Position numbers and translations under genes: made by a program
The notes under the pieces: model-generated
Database searches by the model: none
Told to the model about the DNA's origin: nothing
What the model saw: the letters and a program-made list of their open reading frames with translations, nothing else
Part shown: positions 25,570-37,740 of the stretch, piece after piece
How the letters are laid out: each line of letters starts with the position of its first letter
How positions within the stretch are numbered: the first letter of the stretch is position 1
Assembly: GCA_951406725.2 (NCBI GenBank)
Contig: OX597818.1
Location: forward strand, 72,292,001 to 72,356,000
DNA length: 64,000 bases
Direction of reading: 5' to 3'
DNA from: Octopus vulgaris
Taxonomy: Eukaryota

Positions 25570-26309
25570 TTAGGTGAATTTTGCAGAAGATATAACGCAA
25601 TTTAAAAATGCATTGTCCTTAATCTATTACATAACTCTACAGCCATATACATAGGATCAACCAAAAGTTTTAAGCAACGATATGCCACTCACCTCCATTA
25701 TTTTAGATACGATAAACATAGTAAATCTACAACACTCGCCAACCACATACATCATCTCAAAAATACAAATATACCTTATACTCTATCACGGTCCATACTG
25801 GACTCTGGGTTTCCCTACCGAGGTCAACGCACAACCTGCCAACTTCGCCTGAAGGAGGCACTTCACGTATTAAAGCACAACTCTCCAGCACTGCTAAATA
25901 AACATAACAAGGCAATAAGCACATGTAACCACCGCTTTTTTCACACGTTCAAATTCTAGCACAAATCCAAATGCCTAAACAACCATACAGTACATTTCCA
26001 CAATACCCCTTAGGTAATCCCAATAACCTTATAAACCTACATTTTAACTCCCAATCCCTATCTAATTCCTCACTTATACTTGAATATCACAATCATCTAA
26101 TTATATTCGTGTGTATGTGCATCCATGCATATGTGCGTATATATGTATATGTGTGTGTGCGTGTATGTACGTGTCTATGTGTGAATGTACGTATGCATGC
26201 AAGGTATATACACTGCGTGTACAGGGGCGATAATACATGCAGATGCACGTATATATGGATGCGCATGTGTGCATATGCATACGAATAAGAGTTGTATATG
26301 TAGATATTG

Positions 26310-26340
<31 letters not shown>

Positions 26341-27190
26341 CATGTCTAATATATGCATATGTATACATCTTCACATATATATATTATTCTACTACTAAGC
26401 ACTGACCTGTCCTACCACCCAAATTCCTAAATTCTTCATTCCATACTACTACCCCCTCTCTTCCCCATTACTTAGACTCTATCTCTGCACAATTGACACT
26501 CCTTTACTTTTTATACCTCTCTCTCTCTCTATCACCCCCATTCCTTCTATCCCTTTGTTACCCTTATCTTCCCATTCCTACTTTGAAATTATCTCGACTG
26601 ACCACTAACTGGTATACTTCTCCTTTACTATCTCTTCCTTGTTTTTCCTTTTTCTTTTTCCTTTCTTTTCTTTATTCCTCTCTTCCTGTTTTTGTCGTCT
26701 TTTTTTATTTTTTATTATTTTATAATTTTTCATATTTTCTTCTCGTTCATTTCTCTTTTTTCTCTTTCTTTATTCCTCTTTTCTTATTTCGATTTGACCT
26801 TACTAATACATTACTTACTTTTAGGTCTCTTTAAATAAAACCCTTGATTCAATAACACTGCGTATAAACTCTATACTTGGAATGACCATTTTTAAATACT
26901 ATTGGATTTTACCCATAAGGCATTGGAATCTTATATGTATACTATTCTGCCTAAATAATGGATCTACAAATACAATATCCCTGCATATCTCACATCTATT
27001 TTCATTCCTCCACCTTACTCTCTATTTCGTATCTTATCTAAATTAACTATTGTTTAACCATCTTCTCACACCGTCTCCGATGAAGAGATATAATAAATAT
27101 TCTAGAAACAGCTGTAAGACCTATTTATAAATGTTCTAAAATCTACACAGCCTTGGTTTTTTATCGCATTACGGAAAAAGAAATGTTATA
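25570..27190 (+). mobile_element. Degenerate PLE 3' part (Hydra-like GIY-YIG + 3' UTR with HHR)
   Basis: GEFC..NAI*KCIV / AIYIGSTKSFKQRYATH..F..STTLANHIHHLK/NTNIPYTLSRSIL..TCQLRLKEALHVLK..LLNK..STCNH (25570-25955). Same motif family as 3745-4010. Confidence 0.75.
27073..27120 (+). ncRNA. Type-I HHR (CCGANGA core)
   Basis: GTCT | CCGATGA | AGAgATAT-aataa-ATATTCT a | GAAA | CAGCTG | TA | AGAC. Confidence 0.75.
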
Positions 27191-27333
27191 TACACACACT
27201 GATATATGATCTAAGTTGGACCACTTATTTTCATAATCACCGAACCTGGAGTTTAACTATAGTCTATTCATAGCACTTATTTAGCATTACCTGACACCTT
27301 TGGGTCTCACTGACACCACTACCTCTCATAACA

Positions 27334-27386
<53 letters not shown>

Positions 27387-27492
27387 GTTCGACGTCTTTT
27401 TGGTGTCCTGTACACATATATGCGTGTATATGTACATGTAGAGGTAGGTACGTACATATATGTTTATATATATGCATATGTTCTATTTTATT

Positions 27493-27538
<46 letters not shown>

Positions 27539-27864
27539 TCATGCAAATATACATAGTAACGAAGCTAAAAGACGCAGAGTGAATCTGCTTGGCACACATT
27601 GACCTTAAACTCTGTTTTGCGTGCCACTGAGGCTTTACGTTCTAGCTTACTTCCGCTGTTTACAGCAGTGCTTGGAAGGTGTTTAGTGTGTGTATCCTGA
27701 AATATATGTGACACTTAAATGTGGCTAACCCTTAAGGGTGGATGCTTCTGTAGCTTGTAGCCCAAGAAGGACACCTTCTCCAGCTGGCTATTGACACACT
27801 TTCTGTTTCCTATCAGTTTTTGCAAAGGGAAGCCATCCTTCCCATCTTCAACCTATATGATACA

Positions 27865-27905
27865 CACGGACACGAGCTTCTGGGTATTGACCCGTCGTCA
27901 GCGTG
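27865..27905 (-). ncRNA. Type-I HHR motif (slightly decayed)
   Basis: Minus strand: CACG | CTGACGA | c-GGGT-caat-ACCC-a | GAAG | CTCGTG | TC | CGTG. Confidence 0.7.
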
Positions 27906-27920
27906 GGACAATCACCGGTT

Positions 27921-29623
27921 TCTCTTTACTATAGGCACAATACAGAGGGGACATACAACTGATATGCGGGGAGAGAAAGACGAATGAAAAATGATAAATG
28001 AAAAGAAGATAATTATGATGCAAATGAGACGGCCATCTCGCCCCCGCTGCGAGACTAACCGTGAATACCTTTACAATTAAACTTTTGATTAACTTTACAA
28101 TTAACTTTACGATTACACTTTACAATTAACTTTACAAATACACTTTACAATTAAACTTAAACCCACCTCTAGTTTCGCTACAATCCGAAACCGTGACCTT
28201 TCCTTTCGTTTCCTGCCTTTAAAATGAACGTTCATATGTGTCCTTTTTTTACAACAGAAAAGTGACTTTTTAAAAAACATTTTAAATACTTGTTTGCCCA
28301 TTTTACATTATTTCTTCTTTTTGTTTACAATTATTTATAACGTTCATGTGCTTTCTTTCAGTTGTAGTTTTTTCCACAATTTTATATACTTACCGTTCTT
28401 CAACCTCGTTATGTTTTATTTCGTGTTTTTGTTTTCCTCCTTGTTTCTTCCTTTTCCCATTTCCATACGGTTCCAGTACTTCTCTCCGCTGTGGATCTTT
28501 CGTCTGTATGCTTTCGCACTCTTGCTTGTCTGTGTATTCATCTGACTGCAATTTCTGATCCTCCTTCTGTGTATCTTTATCATGCAACTCTAGGCTCTTT
28601 CTTTCAACCTGCTCGTCGCTCTGTAATTCCATCTCTCCTCCTGGTATCTTTGTTGACGGTTCCTCTACATTTTCTGTTCTTTGTTGCATTTCCTCCTCCA
28701 TTCCTCTACTCTTCTTTATTTCTGCTGTTGTTGGAGACTTCTTACACTATCGTTTTCTGCTTTTTATCTCTACCAGTTTTTCTTTTTGTGTCTTTAAAGC
28801 TATATCTGCGTATCTTTATAACTCCTCTATTGGTATACAATCTTTTATTTTATGCCCTCTCATGCCGCATTTGTAACATCTGGGTGGTCTTCCTCTCAGT
28901 ATTATCTCCAACTTCTCTCCTGTTGGCAATTCTATTGTTTCTGGCACTTTCTCATAATATTCTGGGCTTCCGACTTTTTCAATACCAAATCCCCAAAATT
29001 TCAGCATTCGGTCTTGCTCACTAACTGAATCTCCAGTTCTGGATTTTTCCTCTGCAGTCTGGGGTCAAAAATGGCCACTAATACTCACTCAGGCTCTATC
29101 ATTGGTGGTAACCTTCCAACTCTGATTTTTACTAATCTCTTTCCTGGTGTGCATGGTAATAGCGTCCATTTGCCTCCTTCTATCACCTGTTTAGCATTCC
29201 GTGCTGCCTCGTCTTCAGTTTCAAATGTTACTGCAACTGTCCCGTAATCTTTTCCTTTTGTGGGGAAGATTATTTCCTCGTCAATACAGTTCATTATTAG
29301 ATCTTCTATTTCTGGAGCTCTCTCTACTTTTCTGTTCTCGTTAGAAAATGTTCTAAAAATTACATTTTTTTTTTCTTTTTGTTTTCTCTTCTTCTGGGAT
29401 GACTAGTTTTATGTTCGTCCCTTCTATTTTCACCATACTGCTGTACTTCCTCAGTTTCTTCATATCACACTCCATGTTCACTTGCTTTATCTTGTATGTG
29501 TTCTCGGTTTCCCACATTTCAGCGACCTCTGCATACGTCTTCATTTCTTCAGCTGCTCTCGTTCCGCCCAACATGGCAGCTTCGTATCAAATCAACTTCA
29601 CTTTTCAAAAAATACGGAAGAGT
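27921..29623 (-). mobile_element. ORF1(gag)-only non-LTR retroelement with 14-bp TSD
   Basis: TSD GAC(A/G)ATCACCGGTT at 27907-27920 and 29624-29637. Contains only a disrupted ORF1 and a ~470-nt 3' region with (TTAATTGTAAAG)-like repeats; no EN or RT. Confidence 0.75.
28390..29574 (-). pseudogene. L1/Tx1-like ORF1 (RRM-like region, CCHC zinc knuckle, E/K-rich tail), disrupted
   Basis: Collinear ORF pieces 29353-29574 (KTYAEVAE), 29085-29294 (YGTVAVTFETEDEA..VKIRVGRLPP), 28816-29007 (GRPPRCYKCGMRGHKIKDC) and 28390-28701. Confidence 0.8.
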
Positions 29624-29829
29624 GACGATCACCGGTTGTCAATGAGAAGTAGGCCTCCCCTTGCAAATACATATCCTTTTTTCAGTGACGAAAAGTCATG
29701 GATATCGAAAAAGTGTAAACAAGCAATTATAAATCTCTGAGCGAAGTATAAACAGCAGCTGCACGACATGGTGAAGTATATTTACCACTTAAATGTGACT
29801 AACCCTTAAGAGTTGATCCAAAGTAAATT

Positions 29830-30096
29830 CAATATGTTTCATCCGATTTCGGTCAAGTTTGGCAAATATATCAATTCTGTTCCACAGAAGGTTCTACACT
29901 CTTTGGAGTTGTCACTTATGGAGTAATATTGAGTAATGGTGCGTCTATGGTCAGAAGCTCAGAAAAATCTTCCATAGCGACTATTGTGGACAAGGAAGGT
30001 AATGCTTTGGAGGTAATGGTCAGAAATTGATTGTCTCCCCTAGAATGGAAGGGGTGTGTGTGTGTGTGTTTGTGTTTGTGTGTGTGTGTGTGTGTG

Positions 30097-30144
<48 letters not shown>

Positions 30145-30326
30145 CGCCTCATTCTCAGAGAAACATCCATCATCCACAGTACAAACAGTACGTTGCTGAT
30201 ATTTATTTCTGTAGTTGGAAATGTACATTTCGTTTTTTGTCAGCATAAAGTAAAAGAGAGATTGACAGTGATGTGTGTATGTGTTGATGAGGAGTGCGAG
30301 AAAGAGTGTGTGTGTGGAGAGAGAGC

Positions 30327-30390
<64 letters not shown>

Positions 30391-30507
30391 GTGTATTGCT
30401 GTGTATGTGAGTGTGTGTGAACAACGTGCATTTCTTTATTTGTTTTTCCTCGCATCTTTTTTGAACGAGTATACGAGTGATTGACTGAGAGAGAGGTGTG
30501 TGTTGTT

Positions 30508-30551
<44 letters not shown>

Positions 30552-30613
30552 AGAGAGATAACGTAAATTATATTTATTTACTTTTTCTCGCATCTTTTTT
30601 AGTGTGTTTGACT

Positions 30614-30653
<40 letters not shown>

Positions 30654-31182
30654 GTATTTCTCTGTGTGTGTGTGTGTATCGCTGTGTGTGTGAGACATCA
30701 TTTTAAAATCTAAAAATGCTCATTCGCCTGAGAAACATGTATGCATATGTGCTTATGTATGTACGTGACGTGCATATGCCAGATAATGGGTGTACGTATG
30801 TGTTTGTGTGCGTGTGTGACTGATCCTACCCATTTTAAACATCCATGACAACACCACTCTCTCTCTCTCTCTCTCTCTCTTAGTCAATCACTCACACACT
30901 CACTCACTCACTAAAACGGGATGCGAAAATTTACGCTATCACTCTCTCTCTCTCTTCCCACTTCTCTCTCTCTCTCTCTGTCTCACACACACAGTGACAC
31001 ACACTTTATGTCTCTCTCTCTTTCCAACAGCACACTTCTCTCTTTCAGTCAATCATTCACACGCTCACTGAAAAAGGATGCGAGGAAAAATAAATAAAAA
31101 AATATACGCACTTACTCTCTCCCTCTCTCACACACACACACAGAGCATCACACATCTCTCTTTCTCTTTCTCCTTCTCTCAC

Positions 31183-31218
<36 letters not shown>

Positions 31219-33336
31219 ACATACAACGCTCTCTTTTTGTCTCGCAACCCCATTAACACTTACACACCTCCATATCAATTTTCTCTCTTTCACTTTATCC
31301 TGACACCAAACTTAAATGTTTTACGGATTTTACCGAACGCTATATCTTAACAGCTTTTGGATCAAATGTTTACTCGGACATTTTGCGAGCCATATCGAAA
31401 GATCGCCTAATTTCGTCCTCGGAAACACCTACAGACACACTGGCGGAATCATCTTCTTAGACGCACCCGGTGGAACTGGAAAAACATACCTCCTTCTTCT
31501 TGTGGAGTTACGGCATAATCGTGACCTTGCTATTGTTGTTGCCTCTTCAGAAATAGCCTCGACTCTTCTCGATGGCAGACGAACAGCAAACTCTGCCCTC
31601 AGATTGCCTTTCAATGTAGCACATCAAGAAAACCCAATGTACCACATAATGCATTCCTCGGACGAAGCGACAATTGTGAAAAAGTGCAAACTCATTGTTT
31701 GGGATGAAGCAACTATGTCCCATAAATGTTCCCTACAACATACTACAGTTAGAGTCCTTAGATCCAACAACAACATCCTAGGACATGCGATTCTACTTCT
31801 TGCAGGAGACTCTACTTTCTTGCGACTCCTTGCAGGAGATTTTCGACAAAGGAACATCCGCTGATGAACATAATACCTACCTTCAAAAATCCCTTCTTTG
31901 GTCGTATATCCAATCGAAACAATTCACTATTAACATGAGATCTCTCCTATAGACTAGTCAGCCAATAACCCAGTTTCGGAAATGCTCCTTAAAATCGGCA
32001 ATGGACAAATTATATCCGATGACAACGGATACATTGACACTACCACCATTGGCCACACTGAATCCAGCCCTGATGATTTATGTTCTGTCGTTTACCCAAA
32101 TCTTACAACGGAATGCATAAAACCAGATTAGCTTCGTGACAGGACTGTTCTTGCACCTACAAATGCAGCCGTCAACACTCTTAACTTACTGAGTCAGCTA
32201 TCTTCTCAAGAATGTTGTTACAGATCAGTTGACACCGTTACAGACCTCGATGAGGTTACAAAATTTCTACCAGAAATTCTCAACTTCCAAGATCCTCTAG
32301 AACTCCCTCCCCATGAACTCCACTTAAAAGTCGGTTGCTCTGTCATCCTCCTACGCAATCTAAACGCACCCACACCATTCAATGGCACTCGCCTTGTGGT
32401 CAAACAAAAGATGAACCACGCCATTGAAGCCCAAATTATCACGGGACACAGCAATAAGGATACCAATTTTATTCTGAAAATTCTGCTAACCTCAATAGAA
32501 TGCTCCTACCCTATGTAGAGACTTCAATTCCATCTGAAACTCACCTTCACCATAGCAATTAACAAAGCACAAAGTCACTCGCTGAAATTTGTCGGATTAG
32601 ACCTTCGAACATCGTGCTTTTCACATGGACAGTTCTACGTCGGTTGTTCCAGAGTTGGTCATCCAGATAATTTATTCATCTATGCTCCTGAAGGAAAAAC
32701 AAAGAATGCCGTCTTCAAAGCAGCCCTACATCAGTTGTTCCTCTACTGCATTCTTCACATCTACGCTAAACAGTTGACGTTAGCAATCAGATTTCCTGCA
32801 AGCATTTCATTGATATTTTGCTTCATTTCCCTGATTGCTGTTAACAGTACATTACCTTTAATGACGCTTCTGACTTCACACACGCTGTTCGCTCATAAGC
32901 ATGCTCTGGCATTTATTTTTGTACATGCCATTATTCTATTTGTGTTTTTGCTATAAATGTTTGCTTTTTCTTTATCATACATGATTTTCATTGAAAAAAA
33001 AAAAAGCTTCAATGCAGTTGTATCAGGTATTACGAGAAAAATAAGTACATGATACACGACGCTTTTAGTAAGATATAGGATCTCTAATGCCTACTGCAAT
33101 TGCGATCCCATTTCATGGACATTCATTTATTATTAACTGCCAAAGGTGTATTAAAAAATATCCATTACCTAAGTTTCTTGATACCATATCATAAGCTGCT
33201 AACGAAAATGGTAATTATTCATTTTACGCTTATCAACTTGAAACGACTTCTAACTACGGACAAATTCGACACAAACCGTCCACAGGAATGCACATTTATA
33301 ATAATTATACCGTCCATAGGACGGGTGCATTTGCTA

Positions 33337-33337
<1 letters not shown>
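29830..33337 (+). mobile_element. Internally deleted Helitron
   Basis: 3' end CCGTCC-ata-GGACGG (33310-33324) + CTAG|T (33334-33338) downstream of a PIF1 helicase remnant. 5' boundary approximate; no Rep domain seen. Confidence 0.75.
31440..32730 (+). pseudogene. Helitron PIF1-family helicase (degenerate)
   Basis: FLDAPGGTGKTYLL, LLDGRRTANSALRLP, LIVWDEATM, LAGDFRQ, LAPTNAAV, LKVGCSVILLRNL..NGTRL, QFHLKL..INKAQSHSLKFVGLDL..FSHGQFYVGCSRV. Confidence 0.93.
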
Positions 33338-33369
<32 letters not shown>

Positions 33370-33499
33370 CTGCACAAACTTAAATCTTAAATGTGTGGAA
33401 AATGGTATTTTTGAATATTTGAATTTTTTAATAAAAGATATAAATGTATATCTTTAAAAACTGGTAAAGGCTTCTTGTCTTATTGTTGTTATCAAGGAC

Positions 33500-34720
33500 A
33501 TATTAATATAAGTAAAAGAAAGATGAAAGAAATGATTAGTTTTATTATTAATAATTCGTTTGTAATGTTTGCAGGTACGGTGTTTCAGCAGGTGAATTCC
33601 AATGGGTGGCAATTGTAGTTCTCTGTTGACCCAATTTCCTCATGCAAGTTCCTTTTTCTTAAAGACCTATGTGCGAGGAAAATGATGGATTTGCTTAAAC
33701 TACTTGACGGATGCTGCTGATACATAGATGATATATTTATGTCTAATTATGGTTTCTTCGAATTTTTACTCGGAAAAATATACCCTAGTGAGATTATAGC
33801 CGCCAGAAATGGTAACAATGTAAGAAGTATTAATTATGTATATGACAATCTAGTAGTTAAGGATACTATGTGCTGGCATTTATTAAAAAGCTGAAGATTT
33901 TGTTATGCAAGTGGATTCAATGTCATGGTCCAGTTGTAGAATACCTTCTTTTATTGGTTATGGTGTTTTTGCAGGGCAGATTGTCAGATATATTACTATT
34001 ATTAATAATGCTAATAAATTTTCGTATAGAGTAAATAAACTGTTAAGACATTTAATAAAACAAGGATATAGATACGGTAAATTGGTTAAAACTTTTAATC
34101 GCTGTTTGGGTAGGAGACTTGAAATTCAATCGTGCTTTGTTTTGGAGAGAATTGAAATAAAGCTTTCACATTTTTTTTATTATAGTAGTAACTATGGAAG
34201 ACTGGTGGGGTTATTATTTGTATGGACATAAATATTGGTCGCAATTTAGTATGTAATTTAGTTATTGTAGGTTTACTATTAATATCGATACAGACGTACA
34301 TTGATTTATGTGTTTCTTTGTTGTAGTTTAATTTTAACGCTAGTATTTAATCTTACCTACATTTAGATTGAATGAATGTGGTTATTAAGCTTTCACTTTT
34401 ATTATACTATGGTAGACTGAAGGGAATAAAATGTATGACTTAAAGGTTTAGTCACTGTTTAGTTGTATATTTAGGAGTTGGTTATTGATTTACTTATTGA
34501 ATGTATTTTCCGATACTGTTGCACATAGGGTAAATGTTTTTGAAAGTTGTGGTTTATTTGGTATATTTGCTCCGAAACAACACTTATTTTAGTGCCATTG
34601 ACACCACTGGATTGAATGGTAATACCCAAGTGTCGAAAAAATAATGATACCCATAGGGCAGCTGATGATGGCGGTATGTTGGATTGTTGGTATGACTGCT
34701 TTTGTATATGTGAAATAGTG
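33500..34720 (+). mobile_element. Degenerate PLE RT C-terminal half without a downstream EN (Naiad-like)
   Basis: EMISFIINNSFVMFAGTVFQQV/IPMGGNCSSLL..CC*YIDDIF..KIYPSEI..SCRIPSFIGYGVFAGQIVRY..F..RVNKL..LIKQGY..LVKTF. Coding similarity ends after the thumb. Confidence 0.7.
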
Positions 34721-34785
34721 TTTTAACACACACACACACACATATATATATATATGTCTGTGTGTGTATATATATGTATATATCA

Positions 34786-35386
34786 TTCCCAACAAAGCAC
34801 GCGGAGTTCTGCTTTTGATTCGACGGTCATTCGGAATGCTCACAGCTGCCATATTCCTACCCCTCTATGTCACGCTGGTGAGACCCATATTGGAGTACGG
34901 GATTCAAGCCTCTTCTCCTTATCTCCTGAAAGACATACATCATCTCGAAAGAGTCCAGAAGCTGGCTACCCGCATGGTTCTTGGTCTCAAGCATTTGTCT
35001 TATGAAGAAAGGCTGAAGACGCTCGACCTTTATTCTTTCGAAAAACGACGTGGTGATCTCATTCTCGCTCACAACATCATAAGCGGAAAGTGTAACCTCT
35101 CGAAATAGCTGTTCTTCACTCCTGCTCCAGAGCGTGGGATGCGGGGTCACTCAGAAAAGCTCTACCTACGACGATTTTATCTCAATCGAAGGAGAGGGGC
35201 TTTCTCCGCCCGGGTTGCGGATCCGTGGAATAAGCTGCAGGACGAGATAGTGAAGATGCCGACGACCGTTCGATTCAAAGTCTCTCTTGACCAGAAATGG
35301 CCTGAACTCTTTCTATGACCATCCTCCTTGTACATAACTTCCTGTCCCCCTACATGGCCTTGCTTTTGCTTTTTGAGCCAAAATTG

Positions 35387-35388
<2 letters not shown>
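34786..35388 (+). mobile_element. CR1-clade LINE 3' fragment
   Basis: LYVTLVRPILEYG..SPYLLKDI..LERVQKLATRMV.GL..LSYEERLK.LDL.S.EKRR.GDLI..MRGH..F..RV..PWNKL. Confidence 0.9.
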
Positions 35389-35442
<54 letters not shown>

Positions 35443-35473
35443 ATCAAAATAAAAACATGATGCGAAGGATTCA

Positions 35474-35551
35474 GCGGTACATATGTTTCAGGCCTTTATT
35501 AGACAGATTTATAACAATGCATAATGTATGTCTGTGGCCTTCTTCAGCCGC
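35474..35551 (-). ncRNA. Type-I HHR with fully canonical core in a pLTR remnant (~35437-35655)
   Basis: Minus strand: GCGG | CTGAAGA | AGGCC..(extended loop with ACAGA/TCTGT pairing)..GGCCT | GAAA | CATATG | TA | CCGC. Confidence 0.85.
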
Positions 35552-35651
35552 GCACAACAGCTTCCACAAGGACATGTGTTACATCAAACATTCTTGGTTG
35601 GGGATGCAAATCTTCTCATTCGCGTACGACATAATGCGGCAGCAGCATAGA

Positions 35652-35692
<41 letters not shown>

Positions 35693-35705
35693 GCATACAC
35701 ACACT

Positions 35706-36088
35706 GTGGAGGCGCAATGGCCCAGTGGCTAGGGCAGCGGACTCGCGGTCATAGGATCGCGGTTTCCATTCCCAGACCGGGCGTTGTGAGTGCTTATTGA
35801 GCGAAAACACCTAAAGCTCCACGAGGCTCCGGCAGGGATAGTGGTGATCCCTGCTGTACTCTTTCACCACAACTTTCTCTCACTCTTACTTCCTGTTTCT
35901 GTTGTACCTGTATTTCAAAGGGCCGGCCTTGTCATCTCTGTGTCACGCTGAATATCCCCGAGAACTACGTTAAGGGTACACGTGCCTGTGGAGTGCTCAG
36001 CCACTTACACGTTAATTTCACGAGCAGGCTGTTCCGTTGATTCGGATCAACCGGAACCTTCGTCGTAGTAACCGACGGAGTGCTTCAA
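35706..36088 (+). mobile_element. tRNA-derived SINE family B
   Basis: Head GGAGGCGCAATGGCCCAGTGGCTAGGG..GGTTTCCATTCCC; body shared with 60964-61250. Confidence 0.85.
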
Positions 36089-36094
36089 TATATA

Positions 36095-36260
36095 CACAAT
36101 TTAAAAATAGGATAAAATCTTTATAAATAGTCAGCGTGAAAAACCTCATAAGGGAAAAATTCATTAATTAATACCTTTAAATATATGTATTTATTTTAAG
36201 AGCTTTACTATACATAAATGTCTCACGCTAGGAGGGACTCTTAAAGTCAAAACAACCATC
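36095..36260 (-). repeat. Partial copy of the 19.1-19.8 kb retrozyme-like family
   Basis: Diverged reverse complement of ~19585-19760. Confidence 0.8.
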
Positions 36261-36315
36261 TGCATGCATGCATGCATGTATGTATGTATGTATGTATGTA
36301 TGTATGTATGTACGT

Positions 36316-36834
36316 TAACCCAGTACAACCTGTTGCATGGTCGGGTCGTCGGCGACTAAACCGGCAACACCACCAATCTTGCGTGGTGAGGAGGGTGTTT
36401 ATTGGACACCCTGCGGGATGAAAAACAAAACCCGTCAAAGGGTGGAGGAACTCTTGAGAGTCAATGGCCATCCAATTATTGTCTTAAGGTTGTATCATGC
36501 GCGGGGACAGAAATAATCGGACTGAATACCCGATCGCGCGGTTAAACCATTGGGAGTGAAGGACTTCTAGCCTTTGTTAGGGCATCCTTCTAGGAGAATG
36601 TAACTCAGGTAACTGGGATAACTCCGACATAAAACCTGCGGCTCAGTGGTTACCGATGATGTTGACTTGTTCTTCTTTTCGGATTATGGCTGCTGTGGCT
36701 TAGTGAGTGGGATTGACTCAGTGCACAGCCTTTCCTCACTTTTAAAAAAAATCTTGCACAGGCATTGCACGATAACAACATTGATTAAGCTTCGTGCAAT
36801 GGCCATACTCGATAACGAGGGGGCAGCCACCATG
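36316..36834 (+). mobile_element. ~520-550 bp non-coding interspersed repeat (possible RTE-derived non-autonomous element)
   Basis: Second copy at 52973-53524(-) with the same ...GCAGCCACCATG terminus. Contains CTAGGAGAA(G/T)GTAACTC..AAAAC, reminiscent of RTE 5' UTRs (inference). Confidence 0.65.
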
Positions 36835-36886
36835 TATGTATGTGTGTATGTATGTATGTATGTATGTATGTATGTATGTATGTATG

Positions 36887-36929
<43 letters not shown>

Positions 36930-36931
<2 letters not shown>

Positions 36932-37740
36932 TTTTATAAAAGATTATTGGAGGGAAAGTGCGACGAGGTTCTCGGAGAAAGTCTGGGCGTCGACGAAGAT
37001 CAACTGACCAGTCTGTTCCGGAGGACTTTCGGGCCGGGCCTAAGGATAACTTTAAGAAATCCTCACCTGGCAGTGCTACCGAGGGGCGCTGCCTGTTCGC
37101 GATAAACTTTACAGGCACGGAAATGCCGTCAGCCGGGCCTGCCCGGGGTGCGCTCAGAACGATGAAACCGTTCTGCATGCCCTCGTCCAGTGCCCAAGCA
37201 TTGCTGACATGTGGGTTTATGTCGAACATCTGCTGTCACATGTAGGACGGATCCGGCTATCAGCTGAATCCATAATAGAAATTGCCAGCCCCGCCGCTTT
37301 CCTTTGACTGGGAAGGACAGGCAATTTTTATTTGTTTGATGGCTGTATCAAAAAAGGTAGTATCTTTCCCTTATGGCCAAGCCCTCGTCAACTTTTTGTA
37401 GTTTCACTTGAAAAGGAAAGTGAGGGTGGAGAGGGAACTGTTGTCTTCTAGCGAATTTGTTGAATGGTGGATGGGTATTTGAAAAACAGTGAGAAAGGAC
37501 CGATTCTGAGCATAGACATGTAAGAGTAAAAGAAGGGCAATTGAGCTGTTGATCTGGCACCCGTGACGTCTGTGGTTTTCACCGCAATAGCTTTTAAAGC
37601 GCCTCCCCCTATGGGGAGTTTTACTTGCTTAATGTTTTATTGTGTCAAAATCCATTATTACGTACGGTTTTTGTCCTTTAATGTAATTTCATGTGTTTAA
37701 TGTTTATTTATATTAGCCCTTGTGGCCAATAAATGAATGA
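36930..37740 (+). mobile_element. L1-Tx1-clade LINE 3' fragment
   Basis: WQCYRGALPVRDKL..ACPGCAQNDETVLHALVQCPSIADMW (C-terminal zinc finger of ORF2). 3' UTR ends GGCCAATAAATGAA before (ATT)n. Confidence 0.85.

Larger units (their letters stand above)
27695..29818 (-). mobile_element. Retrozyme-like element (~357-nt unit) split by a 1.7-kb insertion
   Basis: Direct repeat CACTTAAATGTG(G/A)CTAACCCTTAAG at 27712 and 29786. HHR at 27865-27905. Complementary arms TTTGCAAAGGGAAGCC (~27819-27836) and GGCCTCCCCTTGCAAA (29652-29667). Confidence 0.6.

Noticed and set aside
28065-28160. Short regular repeats resembling a CRISPR array or telomere seed
   Set aside because: Contiguous ~12-bp tandem units without spacers in a retroelement 3' region; eukaryotic context with no cas genes.
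31316-31864. Host PIF1 helicase gene
   Set aside because: Intronless, multiply disrupted, and followed by a Helitron hairpin-CTAG end.
33718-33720. In-frame TGA beside YIDD in the Naiad-like RT as a possible selenocysteine
   Set aside because: It occupies the conserved Arg of RYIDD (CGA>TGA or AGA>TGA decay), not a Cys position, in a copy that is also frameshifted.
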